Virus record (IMG/VR): IMGVR_UViG_3300034103_001746
Coordinates: 85,533 to 149,532 of that record
Origin: a virus
Strand: one strand, 5' to 3'
Length of the DNA stretch: 64,000 nt
Under the pieces are notes generated by a model, which was given only the letters and a program-made list of their open reading frames with translations, did not search any database and had not been told where the DNA came from. The position numbers were made by a program, and so were the translations under genes. This document shows, piece by piece, positions 1 to 10,274 of this stretch. Every line of letters begins with the position of its first letter. Positions within the stretch are counted from its first letter, which is position 1.

Positions 1-2
1 AC

Positions 3-3000
3 TTTAAGCAACGACAACATTTAGATGTTTATACCGTGCTTGAAATAGATATTTGTGAAAATTGTATTTTAAAATTATCAGAGGGAATAGTGCAGCTGGT
101 GACACCTACGCAGAATACTAATGTCAATAATACTGATTCATTTGTGATACTTCAAAATTTTAAAGACTCATTAAAATCAGAATCTTATCCATTATTAAGA
201 AATAAGTATTATGAAACCAAATGGGGCGATTTGATTCATTTTGATAATAAAACATTTCAGGATCTTAATAATTCCACAATTTTAAATCATGCTCTTGATT
301 TATATTATCCATCATCATTATATGATAATATTTTGTATAGTATATCTGTTAATAATTTAGAAACTGGGAATTTTAAATTTTTAATTACTTCGACCAATAA
401 TTCAAATTTGCAAACTATTAGTGGAGTTACTACATACGACGATGTTGTATATTACAATATTCATCAGAAATATAATATTGGTTTAAATAATTTATATATG
501 GAAAATATTATTACTGATTATCAAAATTATTTACCATTTATAGATATTAATTTTATTAATAGTTCAAAAATTAAAAATCAACCCTGGTTTAATAATATTT
601 ATCAAAATTTTGAGACAAACACACTATCAACAGGACAATTTTATATTAGTGGAATTAGATCTTTTGTAGAAACCAAAGATTTAAAGGTTGATCCATCTAA
701 AAATTCAGTATTTTTTATATCTTTAAATAAAGAACAAAAATTAAAACCGGTATTATTTAATAAATCTTTTTATTATAATACTTTAAGAGTAGATGATGTT
801 TATTATAGATTGGCTAAATTAGAAAAAGAAGATGTTTATAATTCAACGCAATGTGCTACTATTTTTATGCCAAAAATAAATTTTTCTAGTCAAACATTTA
901 CGGACTATTTTGATACTAATGGTTTTGATGCATCATCTTCTCTAATAAAAACTACATTTGATACATTTCCAATATATTGTGATACAGATAAAGCCCAAGC
1001 ATTATGCGGTAATGAATCCTGTTCTATTAAAACTATTGGATTTACTAGACTTAAAGCCGGATACCAACATTACAACTACTCATATATTACAGCAAAAGAT
1101 TTGGAGGGGTCTAATTCTCTAGAATTTGCACTATCGGTAGACGAGGGTTTGTATAATACTATTGGTACTAATATGGTTCCTTATATTCAAAGATTTGAAA
1201 TTCCACCGAACTCTAATTTATTTAATAATATTACATTAGACGGAACAGACAATTGCTTGATTGGAGCAGATAACCGACCATCGAGACAACAAAATTACAT
1301 AGATACCGAATATCAAAACAAATTAGTTGAATATATTTTACCAGAAGATAAAAAAGGGGACTTGGTTCGTGATACTGATATTCTTGCTAATGAAATGTTA
1401 TTTAGGTTAATTTATGGTTCTAAACAACAAATATCTTATGATAATATTAAAAAGAAAACCACAGCAGACATTATTAAAGACAATACTAAAAAATCGATTT
1501 CCTATTTATTACAGTATTCTGAGCCACGCACTACTGCTGATGTAATATATGATTTAATTCCTTATGATTATTCAGTAAATGCTGATGTGTCAAAAAGAAA
1601 AATTAATGGATCTATTAGTATAGACGGCGTACTTGCTGTGGGATCAAATGTGTCTGTTAATATTGGCGGATATGTGATAACAATTTCTATACAAAATATT
1701 AATAACAAAATTTGTGCTGTTGCGTCCTGTAATGGCAAAACATATACTAGTTCGTTTTTTGATACCAAGCCCACTAGTACCACGACTACTGCTGTAACTG
1801 CTGGCACAATACTATATCCTCCATCTGAAAATAGTAGAATAGTTAAGCTTACAACCTGTAGGGGCGGTGTTACACCGTTGTACTGGTCACTGAATAAGCA
1901 TTTTACTAAGATAGAAATCGAAGGAGGAGAAGAAAATTTTGACCTTGTAGCAGAATATAAACGATGTGTAGAGACCAACCCCGGTGGTTGTATTACTAAT
2001 TCAGTAAATCCGGCCGTTACATCGCTTGCTACAATCGGACCAGGCCCAATTTGTCCGTTTACTTGTCTTGTCTGTAACCCAAGAGGTTGGGCCAGCAGCC
2101 CTGCTGTGCCATCTAATTGTAGTATATTAACAAGCACAAATAAATCTGTTAAAATTGGTAGTGTTAGTAGAGGGGTGTTTTCTTATTATTCTTGTTCACC
2201 AAGACATAGTAGTGTTAGTTTATCTCCCGCTTTATATGAAGGAGACTTTGATGGTCTTATGGGTGGTTTAGCTATTAGAGATCATAGTTTTGTAGCCAAT
2301 TGCAATCCTAAACCAGCCCCATGCAAAGGTAATTGTGTGTCTTTAGATGCAGAAGATCAGTTTGGTAAAATTTTTGATCCATTAAGATATACAGCTAATT
2401 CTTTATATACTCCGTGTGAATGTCAATCATACTCATATGATTATTGTACTATCACAGAAAATTCTTGTAATTGCAAAGCATATGCTAAAGGGTTTCCAAA
2501 GATTTTTGATTATGAATTCGATAATTGTAACTATACATTTAATAATATGAAAGGTCATTTGTATAAATATGAAGATGGCGATCCTATAGAATCTAATAAA
2601 GTTTCTGAAGATTATGGGTGTTCACCGCAAGCGGAAACTCTAGCTATTGGACAAAGAAACGGAAAGGCTGATGAATTTTGTTATTGGCTTGAATGTGAGG
2701 GACCAACCCCTCCCAATTGGGATATATATAATATTATTACATCCACTCCGAGTCCATATGAACCAAAATGTCCGGTATTTTTATGTTCTATAACTTATGA
2801 TAATAATACTGCCACCGTTAATTTAGCTGGGGGAACAGCAGGATGTTTTGATATTAATCTTAGAAATGATTGTCCAGTCATATCAATTACACTACCTAAT
2901 AATTCATTTACATTTACAGACTCTATTAATAGTGAATGTACAGAATGTAATGTAGATAAAAATATAATATCTATGAATCCAAAAGAGCAAAATCCAGACT

Positions 3001-3845
3001 GGGATATTATTACAGAAACTAGAACTGCAATATTAGGATATCTACCAATAGAGGGCAATAAAAACGTAGATGTAATTGGTGGTGGCGGTCGAACATTTGC
3101 AGATAACATAATATGTAATCCTCTCATACAGCTTTGTTGTTACGATAATTGTTACTCATCATCATCTGCAACTTTACAATGTGGTCAATCGGCTCCTAAT
3201 AGTTGGCCATGGAGTCATGCTTTGGTTTGTAATTTAAATGGGGCACCACCTCCCACATTTACTCCGTGTATTTCTAATCCTATTCCAAACGTAGGCGTTA
3301 ATTCTACTATAGTAAGCAACATACTTGGTGGAATAAATTTTGCTGTAGGCTCTGATAATAGCACTGTTAAAAGAAACCATATTGCTCATTGGAAAGATTT
3401 AATGAAGGCAGCATACTTTGATGTTTCAGCTTGTCATAATAATTATGGGGTATTTCAGGTAGAAGATCTTGTAGAAGGTGTTGTCCCTGGTTCTTGTACA
3501 GATGTAAAGTTTGAAGTTTTAACATATCCAATGGTTGCATGGAGACAAACATTGAACGGTGGTCAAATAGAAAACGGCTATTTAGGCGTTCATGTTGCAT
3601 ATTTTCAATATGAATATAGAAGACCAAGAACCATTCAAGATGTATTTCTTAAAGATGAAGCCACTAGATGCTCCACAAGAATTGCATACCCTGCTCCATC
3701 CTCTTATAATATAACTGAAAAATATACTATAAAAGATTGTCAGTCCACACCATCGTGTTTCGACACTAAGATTGCTCCATGCAATGTTGGTAATATTTGT
3801 TGTGAACAACATCAATCTAATGCTAATATCACATCGAGGCCATAA
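3..3845 (+). CDS. Large Cys-rich protein, probable virion/tail-associated structural protein (5'-truncated by the window)
   Basis: The frame of ORF 36..3845 is open back to the window start (FKQRQHLDVYT...). It has an Asn-rich N-terminal part and a C-terminal half with many Cys clusters. No enzyme motif recognised. Confidence 0.5.
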   Translation, partial: FKQRQHLDVYTVLEIDICENCILKLSEGIVQLVTPTQNTNVNNTDSFVILQNFKDSLKSESYPLLRNKYYETKWGDLIHFDNKTFQDLNNSTILNHALDLYYPSSLYDNILYSISVNNLETGNFKFLITSTNNSNLQTISGVTTYDDVVYYNIHQKYNIGLNNLYMENIITDYQNYLPFIDINFINSSKIKNQPWFNNIYQNFETNTLSTGQFYISGIRSFVETKDLKVDPSKNSVFFISLNKEQKLKPVLFNKSFYYNTLRVDDVYYRLAKLEKEDVYNSTQCATIFMPKINFSSQTFTDYFDTNGFDASSSLIKTTFDTFPIYCDTDKAQALCGNESCSIKTIGFTRLKAGYQHYNYSYITAKDLEGSNSLEFALSVDEGLYNTIGTNMVPYIQRFEIPPNSNLFNNITLDGTDNCLIGADNRPSRQQNYIDTEYQNKLVEYILPEDKKGDLVRDTDILANEMLFRLIYGSKQQISYDNIKKKTTADIIKDNTKKSISYLLQYSEPRTTADVIYDLIPYDYSVNADVSKRKINGSISIDGVLAVGSNVSVNIGGYVITISIQNINNKICAVASCNGKTYTSSFFDTKPTSTTTTAVTAGTILYPPSENSRIVKLTTCRGGVTPLYWSLNKHFTKIEIEGGEENFDLVAEYKRCVETNPGGCITNSVNPAVTSLATIGPGPICPFTCLVCNPRGWASSPAVPSNCSILTSTNKSVKIGSVSRGVFSYYSCSPRHSSVSLSPALYEGDFDGLMGGLAIRDHSFVANCNPKPAPCKGNCVSLDAEDQFGKIFDPLRYTANSLYTPCECQSYSYDYCTITENSCNCKAYAKGFPKIFDYEFDNCNYTFNNMKGHLYKYEDGDPIESNKVSEDYGCSPQAETLAIGQRNGKADEFCYWLECEGPTPPNWDIYNIITSTPSPYEPKCPVFLCSITYDNNTATVNLAGGTAGCFDINLRNDCPVISITLPNNSFTFTDSINSECTECNVDKNIISMNPKEQNPDWDIITETRTAILGYLPIEGNKNVDVIGGGGRTFADNIICNPLIQLCCYDNCYSSSSATLQCGQSAPNSWPWSHALVCNLNGAPPPTFTPCISNPIPNVGVNSTIVSNILGGINFAVGSDNSTVKRNHIAHWKDLMKAAYFDVSACHNNYGVFQVEDLVEGVVPGSCTDVKFEVLTYPMVAWRQTLNGGQIENGYLGVHVAYFQYEYRRPRTIQDVFLKDEATRCSTRIAYPAPSSYNITEKYTIKDCQSTPSCFDTKIAPCNVGNICCEQHQSNANITSRP

Positions 3846-3847
3846 TA

Positions 3848-4339
3848 ATGATATCTGATACCAGCCCATATTGTAACTTAACCGATACCGGCACAATATT
3901 TAATAACAAAAAAGTATATTCTTGTGAGTATTGTGGAATTAAAATTGGACTAGATAATCCTGATACAAAAATGTTTTGTTTTAAAAAAATACAAGATTTT
4001 TCAATGTCTATTAAAAAATATGCTAATCCATCAGCAGTTGTTAATCCTATTGATATAGGAGAAAAAGAATTTTTACAAGATATTGTCTTAAACAAAGTTA
4101 TTCAAGATCATTCCGAAGAGCAAAAAATTAAAACTAATGAAAACAATCCATTAAATCTTTGCAGTGAAGAACAAATAGAATCAAGACTTAAAGTATGTAG
4201 ATCATGTGAATTTTATAAAGATAATTCATGTATGTTATGTGGGTGTCAAATAGTTAGAGAAGCTAATCATATGAATAAGCTAGCTCATAAAGATCAAAAA
4301 TGCCCAGCAGATAAATGGGGGCCTATCGTTGACGAGTAA
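3848..4339 (+). CDS. Cys-rich DUF6171-like protein
   Basis: C-terminal RLxxCxxC...CxxCGC...KCPxxKW pattern; paralog at 55662..55967. Confidence 0.6.
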   Translation: MISDTSPYCNLTDTGTIFNNKKVYSCEYCGIKIGLDNPDTKMFCFKKIQDFSMSIKKYANPSAVVNPIDIGEKEFLQDIVLNKVIQDHSEEQKIKTNENNPLNLCSEEQIESRLKVCRSCEFYKDNSCMLCGCQIVREANHMNKLAHKDQKCPADKWGPIVDE

Positions 4340-5279
4340 AAGTTGTTATGCGGGTAACCGGATCCCCGTATTTAACTATTACAGGAAAACTTTTTGTTTC
4401 ACCGTCTACTTTGATGACTAATATTCCTCTAATTTGTTGTGCTCGTGACCAATTCATAAAGAAATGAACACCAACAACATATTCCGCAAACGGAGCGTTT
4501 CCTCTCGCCCAAAATATGTTTTCTATCGGTCTTTGATTTAATAGCCTGGGGTGAGCATTCATATCTATATCCAAAGCCCCGCCACAAATACCAACTCTGT
4601 TTGTCCAGTTAATATCAGATCCTATTGGTTTAACTAGAACATATAGATCTAAATCGTCTATAGTATCCCAGGATAAAGAAATTTGAACATCTCCAGTTTT
4701 TGCTCCGTACTGCTGAAGTCTTTTTTGCATCTCTCCAACCTGTGTTTGTTCCATTATATTAGGAACACTTTGTTGTTGCGCAATTCCTCTTCTCGATAAA
4801 AGAACCTGGTTTGTACGTCCAGTATATTCTATCTTTTTTTCTTCTTTATTAGAGGGCTGCTTAATTTCTTGTGCAAGATCGGCTGTGTTGATACTGTCTA
4901 TTAGATCTACTTGTTTCTCTATGCCGGTGTCGGGTATAGCGATACTAGGGATCTCAACACTATCTTCTAATAAAGACACAGTATCTAGTCCAATTTTTTG
5001 AGAAGTGGATTCTAAAGAATCTTTTGATTCTTCAAGAGAAACAATTTTAATCGGATGGTCTTCAAAAGTTTCTAGATCAGGTTCAGTAGTTTCTTCTGTT
5101 GATGTAAAATGTAGAGTTAGTTGTATTTTTTGTTTGTGAACTTCAGAGGGAAACATCATAGCTAAAATTAAAAATAATACAGTATGTACTATTAAGCTAT
5201 GCCAAACCCCTCTATAGTAAAGAATACTAACTATAGACTCAATTTTATTTATGTTTGACTGTCTGTGTTTTTTTGCCAT
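4323..5279 (-). CDS. Membrane-anchored protein with C-terminal YfaP/DUF2135-like domain
   Basis: TM segment SLIVHTVLFLILAMMF, acidic linker, then GDVQISLSWDTIDDLDLYV...LDIDMN...PIENIFW. Start at MAKK (5279) preferred over 5288. Confidence 0.6.
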   Translation of the reverse strand: MAKKHRQSNINKIESIVSILYYRGVWHSLIVHTVLFLILAMMFPSEVHKQKIQLTLHFTSTEETTEPDLETFEDHPIKIVSLEESKDSLESTSQKIGLDTVSLLEDSVEIPSIAIPDTGIEKQVDLIDSINTADLAQEIKQPSNKEEKKIEYTGRTNQVLLSRRGIAQQQSVPNIMEQTQVGEMQKRLQQYGAKTGDVQISLSWDTIDDLDLYVLVKPIGSDINWTNRVGICGGALDIDMNAHPRLLNQRPIENIFWARGNAPFAEYVVGVHFFMNWSRAQQIRGILVIKVDGETKSFPVIVKYGDPVTRITTFTRQR

Positions 5280-5581
5280 TTGTGCCAACCATTATGTGGT
5301 AACCAATTGTTGTTGTCATCTTTTCTTTTGGGGAAAAGAGTACCACCCTTCTTATGTTGTCCGAAAGCCAGAATTGCTCCACAATCACTGCATCGCAATT
5401 CATAGTAATCATTGCCGTCTACATTCCTGACGATATATTTAATATTGTTTTTGCTACATAAACCACACTTCTCTTCACCAAAAATTTCTTGAATTAGCGC
5501 CAGTTCTTTAAAAATCTCTTTTTGTCCAGAACCTTCTAATTCGAATTCTAGTTTTGAGTTTGGTTTATATCGTAGTTTCAT
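5249..5581 (-). CDS. Hypothetical Zn-binding protein
   Basis: Two CxxC pairs (CGLC, CSDC); tightly packed in the operon. Confidence 0.6.
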   Translation of the reverse strand: MKLRYKPNSKLEFELEGSGQKEIFKELALIQEIFGEEKCGLCSKNNIKYIVRNVDGNDYYELRCSDCGAILAFGQHKKGGTLFPKRKDDNNNWLPHNGWHKWQKNTDSQT

Positions 5582-5584
5582 AAG

Positions 5585-6301
5585 TTACTTTCTTTGTTTC
5601 CAGTTAGGTTGATAATTCAACAGGTCTGGAGATATATTTTCCATATTTTGTTGAAGTTTTGTTAATTCTTTGATGAGCAACACAGCGTCATCATGAGATA
5701 TATTATCTATATTATCTGATGATATTGCAAGCGTTTGCATTAAAGAAACCACATTAATATTTAATCGCTTAGACATTACGTCTATAAAGTTGACCTGATT
5801 GTTGCTGATTTTAGAGACCGAATTTTCGTCGGGATTATCTTCTATGTCTTTAGCAATTTCTTCAGCCGCCACAACTTTACGCAATCTTAATGCTCTACGC
5901 AAAGCTCGACCTTCTGCTCTGGTTTCGGCCACAGCCACAGGATGATTACGATATACTTTGTCACAATTACCCCAATAAACGTCGGCAGAGCCATCCACAA
6001 CCACTTTATTTAAAAGAGTAGGGTCCGAAGATGGTTCATTTAAATAAAACGCTATGGAATGAACTACGGTCGCTCTTTTTTCATTATTTGGGTCCGGAGA
6101 TTGGACCACTTTTGATACAGATTCTACAACTCTACAATTCATAACCTTTTCAAAAATACGTCTCAAACCATCTGTTGTGGGATTTCCGGCTATTTTTTCA
6201 TCTTCAGATAATAAACTTAATACATGATCGGTCCATTCCAAATCATGAATAGAGGGCATCTTATCTTTTTCCTTTTTTTCCGATGACTTTTCTTTGCTCA
6301 T
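5585..6301 (-). CDS. Putative ssDNA-annealing protein (Rad52/Sak-like)
   Basis: HPVAVAETRAEGRALRRAL resembles the AET-x-A-x-GRAL motif of phage annealing proteins; C-terminal helical 'ISNNQVNFI' domain. Confidence 0.45.
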   Translation of the reverse strand: MSKEKSSEKKEKDKMPSIHDLEWTDHVLSLLSEDEKIAGNPTTDGLRRIFEKVMNCRVVESVSKVVQSPDPNNEKRATVVHSIAFYLNEPSSDPTLLNKVVVDGSADVYWGNCDKVYRNHPVAVAETRAEGRALRRALRLRKVVAAEEIAKDIEDNPDENSVSKISNNQVNFIDVMSKRLNINVVSLMQTLAISSDNIDNISHDDAVLLIKELTKLQQNMENISPDLLNYQPNWKQRK

Positions 6302-7095
6302 AGTGAATCCTCTATTTCTATTGTCTTTTCGTTTGAGTTTTTTATGTCTTTAATAGCGTTGATTAATTTAGTATAAACAATACTTGCTCGTGATTGAGAA
6401 TAGTCATGTATTTGTTTAACCCTAATCAAGGACAATCCTTTTCCTATTATCAATCCTGTTTTTTTCTTATCATACTTTTGATTTCTAGCCAAAACATCTT
6501 CTCCCCACACGGGAAGAAAATGAGAAGGACCATCAACCTCAATTGCTAGATTCATTGTAGGAAGAAAGAGGTCAATTTGCAACTTTGTATTTGATAAGAT
6601 TTGTTCTTTATGAAACTCTACAACAAACCCATCTTCTAGTAATTTTTGTAGAAGAAATTTTTCTAGTTTTGATCCTGTTTTACTGCTTTTCCTCACAGCT
6701 TGATTAGCTGATGCTATAATATTTTCTTTTTGATCGTCATCTAATGCTTGCCATGCTAATTTACTTTTATGTTTTCTAGCATCCAGCGTTTGCTGATCCA
6801 TATCATCCCAAGACTTCATTACAGACAATCCAATTTTACTTTTTGTAATTTCGTCTCTTGATAAACCTTTAGTTGGATGTTTATGTTTACCAGTCTGTAA
6901 CGCATTTATTTGGGCTGCGCTTTTGTCTCTAATTGGTATACCTAATTTTTTAGCGTCTCTTCTAATTTTATTGGCATAGGTTCCACACTCACTAGCTATG
7001 TCGGCAAAACTTTTTTTCTGAACTAAATATTGTTCATTAATTAAAGCTATTTTTTGTTGATCTGATAATTTATTATACTTTGGTAATAACATCAT
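6298..7095 (-). CDS. Vsr/DUF559-like endonuclease with N-terminal HTH/NUMOD-like DNA-binding region (homing-endonuclease-like)
   Basis: SKLE...QIDLFLPTMNLAIEVDGPSH...D catalytic motif; basic repeats in the N-terminal half. Confidence 0.7.
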   Translation of the reverse strand: MMLLPKYNKLSDQQKIALINEQYLVQKKSFADIASECGTYANKIRRDAKKLGIPIRDKSAAQINALQTGKHKHPTKGLSRDEITKSKIGLSVMKSWDDMDQQTLDARKHKSKLAWQALDDDQKENIIASANQAVRKSSKTGSKLEKFLLQKLLEDGFVVEFHKEQILSNTKLQIDLFLPTMNLAIEVDGPSHFLPVWGEDVLARNQKYDKKKTGLIIGKGLSLIRVKQIHDYSQSRASIVYTKLINAIKDIKNSNEKTIEIEDSL

Positions 7096-7537
7096 AAAGT
7101 TCCTTAGCGTTTATGTTTTCTATCGTTGCTATAGGTTGCGACCAGCATATACTTAGTAAGTCTTCTATTTCTTTATTTCTAGCTATAAGCTTAATATCTG
7201 GATTAACATATATACCATGCCAAAACATTACTGGTATAGTATGGTCATTAGACCAGCTTAATTCATCAACATAAAGTATTTGTTTTTCTGGAGACGGAAA
7301 GGTTTTTGTGACCATAGCGCTTTTAATATCAAAGCACACCAATTTGCCTCTAAAGTATTTGGCTTGATTAAGATGTATTATAGGAAATTTTTTATTGGAA
7401 TCTGTACGATTAAATTGACTATTAAATAGTATGATATTATCATAAGGATGTTGATCGATCATGTCGTTTAATATATCAATAATCCTATTGCATTTATCAG
7501 AATGATCAGCGTTTATTAAATAAAAAGCTATGTCCAC
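7073..7537 (-). CDS. Hypothetical protein in glycosyltransferase cluster
   Basis: 154-aa ORF coupled to its neighbours; GTG start. Confidence 0.55.
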   Translation of the reverse strand: MDIAFYLINADHSDKCNRIIDILNDMIDQHPYDNIILFNSQFNRTDSNKKFPIIHLNQAKYFRGKLVCFDIKSAMVTKTFPSPEKQILYVDELSWSNDHTIPVMFWHGIYVNPDIKLIARNKEIEDLLSICWSQPIATIENINAKELYDVITKV

Positions 7538-7538
7538 T

Positions 7539-8264
7539 TTATGCCTCTATAAGTTTTAGAAGTTTATTGTTTATAAAATTTTCCATAGAATATTGTTGAA
7601 TATTATCTTTTAACGATATCAAATTTAATTCTTTTATATTGTCTATTAAATTACCATTTAAAGATATATTTTTAATTCCACAAGACTGTGCCTCAAGACT
7701 ATAAGATTGTGTTAAATCTAACACATATTCAAATTTATTCAATAATACAGCCATATCAGCGCTATTAGCTAGTCCAATATTTTGAGGGTGATTAAATTGG
7801 GGATTATTGATTAATACAATTTTAGTATTACTTTTAGGATATAGGATATCGTCTAACAGCTGATGATTGATAGTATTATCATTATGCAATATAGTTAAAA
7901 TTTTATCATTTCTTTGTGTTTTTAAATCCACAAATACTGTTGAATCATATATATATTCATAAGTTTCACCTTGCTTTATGGTTTTAATATTAAACTTATG
8001 ACAATATTCGGTTAGATCCTTATGGACAATATCACCCATAAAAATAACGATGTTAATTTTGTCTTTAAACGTATCAACAAACTCATGGAATTCTTGAGTA
8101 TATTCATATATTGGTAAGATCACCGTATTTGGTTGATATTTATGATAGGCATCAAAAATATTACCATGTAAAGACCCATTAATAATATCAATCTTTTGAT
8201 TAAGTTGTTGTAATAGTGGAAAGTATATTCTTTGATTGCAAACATGGGCTAAGATTTTATTCAT
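7539..8264 (-). CDS. Hypothetical protein, possibly a degenerate GT-B glycosyltransferase
   Basis: C-terminal 'YSLEAQSCGIK' resembles the GT4 EAxACG motif. Confidence 0.45.
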   Translation of the reverse strand: MNKILAHVCNQRIYFPLLQQLNQKIDIINGSLHGNIFDAYHKYQPNTVILPIYEYTQEFHEFVDTFKDKINIVIFMGDIVHKDLTEYCHKFNIKTIKQGETYEYIYDSTVFVDLKTQRNDKILTILHNDNTINHQLLDDILYPKSNTKIVLINNPQFNHPQNIGLANSADMAVLLNKFEYVLDLTQSYSLEAQSCGIKNISLNGNLIDNIKELNLISLKDNIQQYSMENFINNKLLKLIEA

Positions 8265-8953
8265 ACTGTTTCTTTTATTTTGTTAGAGTCTTTTATACTG
8301 GAAATTTTGATAATACTATTATTTTTAGTTTTGACCGGATGATAAAGTGTACCAGCATCGATTGATTTATTAATTAATTCAAATAAAAACATATTTCTCA
8401 TAGACTGGTTGTATATAGTCTTATATTTGAGCATAGACGAGTTGTCAATGTATATTATTTCATTCCACGCATTATCTGTTAAATTAAAAAACATGTGTTG
8501 TACTTTAGAATCAATAATCGTAAAACCAATAGGAAAATCCGCTTTATTAGAATTAGTATAATAGATTTTTGGTATTGTAAGATCAGAATTTAATAAATTA
8601 TTTTTGATATCGTTATTAAACAATATGCCATTATTAATAATAATACATCCGTCATATTTTTTTGTATTGTATTGATTTAGTATAAGTTCAAAAGCATATC
8701 CGTGATTAGCTGATTCATATAAATCATTTTTTATGATATAAACATTTGGATATTCGATTCTTTTTTTAATTTTATCCAATCCAAAACCCAAAATAACATA
8801 CGTATCTATTACCTTATCTCTGATGTTGGCAATTTGACAATTTATTAATTCTTTAGATTTAGATTTTTTAGATTTTAATAAGCCTTTTGGGCCTACAGAT
8901 TTCATACCTCTAGTAATTTCATAAGATAGAATAAAACAAGCTAATTTTTTCAT
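8261..8953 (-). CDS. Sugar/choline-phosphate nucleotidyltransferase-like protein (LicC/NTP_transf fold)
   Basis: RGMKSVGPKGLL, VILGF and NxxY...N patterns of LicC-like enzymes; the GxGxR loop is non-canonical. Confidence 0.6.
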   Translation of the reverse strand: MKKLACFILSYEITRGMKSVGPKGLLKSKKSKSKELINCQIANIRDKVIDTYVILGFGLDKIKKRIEYPNVYIIKNDLYESANHGYAFELILNQYNTKKYDGCIIINNGILFNNDIKNNLLNSDLTIPKIYYTNSNKADFPIGFTIIDSKVQHMFFNLTDNAWNEIIYIDNSSMLKYKTIYNQSMRNMFLFELINKSIDAGTLYHPVKTKNNSIIKISSIKDSNKIKETV

Positions 8954-9360
8954 AGTTTCTTTTGTAAAACAATAACAACATGATTATTGTCATTATATAT
9001 TTTATATATTTTGATACCATCCATTTGTGAAATAATTTCTATCATATCAGAATCTAAAAATAAAGACTTAGACTGAGCTACAATATTGGATAAAAATTGA
9101 CTATTAGCATTTCCCTTAGCGACATCTTTGCAAATTTTTGTGGCGTTAAGAAACTTAAAAGTTAAAAAGCCAGAATTGGTTAGTTTTTTACATAAATTTA
9201 CAATATACGAAACCCTATCCTTATACAAATAAGAGTCTAATACTCCACAGATAATTTCTCCGCACGTACCATTAGTTACCTTATCTAGATGATCAATAGT
9301 CAAATTGAAATAACCATCAAGATTATCTGATTCTGTAATAACAATATTAAGTTTATTCAT
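8950..9360 (-). CDS. Small methyltransferase-fold-like hypothetical protein
   Basis: 'CKKLTNSGFLTF' resembles the SAM-MTase LKPGG strand; no clear motif I. Confidence 0.35.
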   Translation of the reverse strand: MNKLNIVITESDNLDGYFNLTIDHLDKVTNGTCGEIICGVLDSYLYKDRVSYIVNLCKKLTNSGFLTFKFLNATKICKDVAKGNANSQFLSNIVAQSKSLFLDSDMIEIISQMDGIKIYKIYNDNNHVVIVLQKKL

Positions 9361-10274
9361 ATGATATATGCCTCATTATTAGACTGATTAATAAGATTGC
9401 TGGTATGATTTTTAAATTTTTCAAAGTTGTAATTCAATTCTAGATGTGTCGTATATGTTTCTGTCAATGGGGATATTAATGCTTGTTTAGCAACAGAAAT
9501 AAGATCCTGAACGGTTCTTGCCATATATAAATTTGGCGTATTTGTATAATTATTAATTATCATGGGCGTAGCATATGTAATAACCTTACATCCACAAGCA
9601 ACAGCGCACAAGAGATTAATAATATTATGTTCACCAAGATCTATACATACGGAATATTGATTAAATAAATCTCTTATTAAGTCTATATCAAAATGAATCT
9701 CTGTTAAAATATCAATTTCGAGTCCTTGGCTGTGTAAAAATTGAGCTAATGGTTCTATATTTGGGGATTTTTCAAAATTTAAAAGTAATACTTTGTTTGA
9801 TCTAACTTTTTTCTCTGGATATAGTTTATTTGTAGGAACACCATAATTGTAGACAACGCGATTGTTGAGCCTCCACGAGTCCGCAACATCTTGAGAAAAG
9901 AATACTTTAGTATCTCTTCTTAGGTTTTGATCTAACAATACAACATCTTCTTTTTTAATTTGTTGTGGTTTATATGAGTGTGTAAAGATAATAGCGTTTA
10001 GATGCTCTACAGCAAATCTTTTGTGTGTCGAATATCCAATAATATTATTTGTAATACCAAGATTATAATTAAATAGATGCTCTTGATTATTATCAACAAG
10101 AGTCATATTAGATTCTTTTAATCCTAAAAAATTATATGTTTTTGGTGAAAAAAGTCTAAATCCACTTTCTGATAATAGAAGATCAAATAAGCTTCTTTGT
10201 GGTTCATATAAAATGTTGATTGGTTGATTATTAAATTTATTTAATATATTACCAGTAATTTTGCTTAGATACAT
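9357..10274 (-). CDS. GT-B glycosyltransferase-like protein
   Basis: NYGVP and 'LLCAVACGCKVI' GT4-like C-terminal motif. Confidence 0.55.
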   Translation of the reverse strand: MYLSKITGNILNKFNNQPINILYEPQRSLFDLLLSESGFRLFSPKTYNFLGLKESNMTLVDNNQEHLFNYNLGITNNIIGYSTHKRFAVEHLNAIIFTHSYKPQQIKKEDVVLLDQNLRRDTKVFFSQDVADSWRLNNRVVYNYGVPTNKLYPEKKVRSNKVLLLNFEKSPNIEPLAQFLHSQGLEIDILTEIHFDIDLIRDLFNQYSVCIDLGEHNIINLLCAVACGCKVITYATPMIINNYTNTPNLYMARTVQDLISVAKQALISPLTETYTTHLELNYNFEKFKNHTSNLINQSNNEAYII

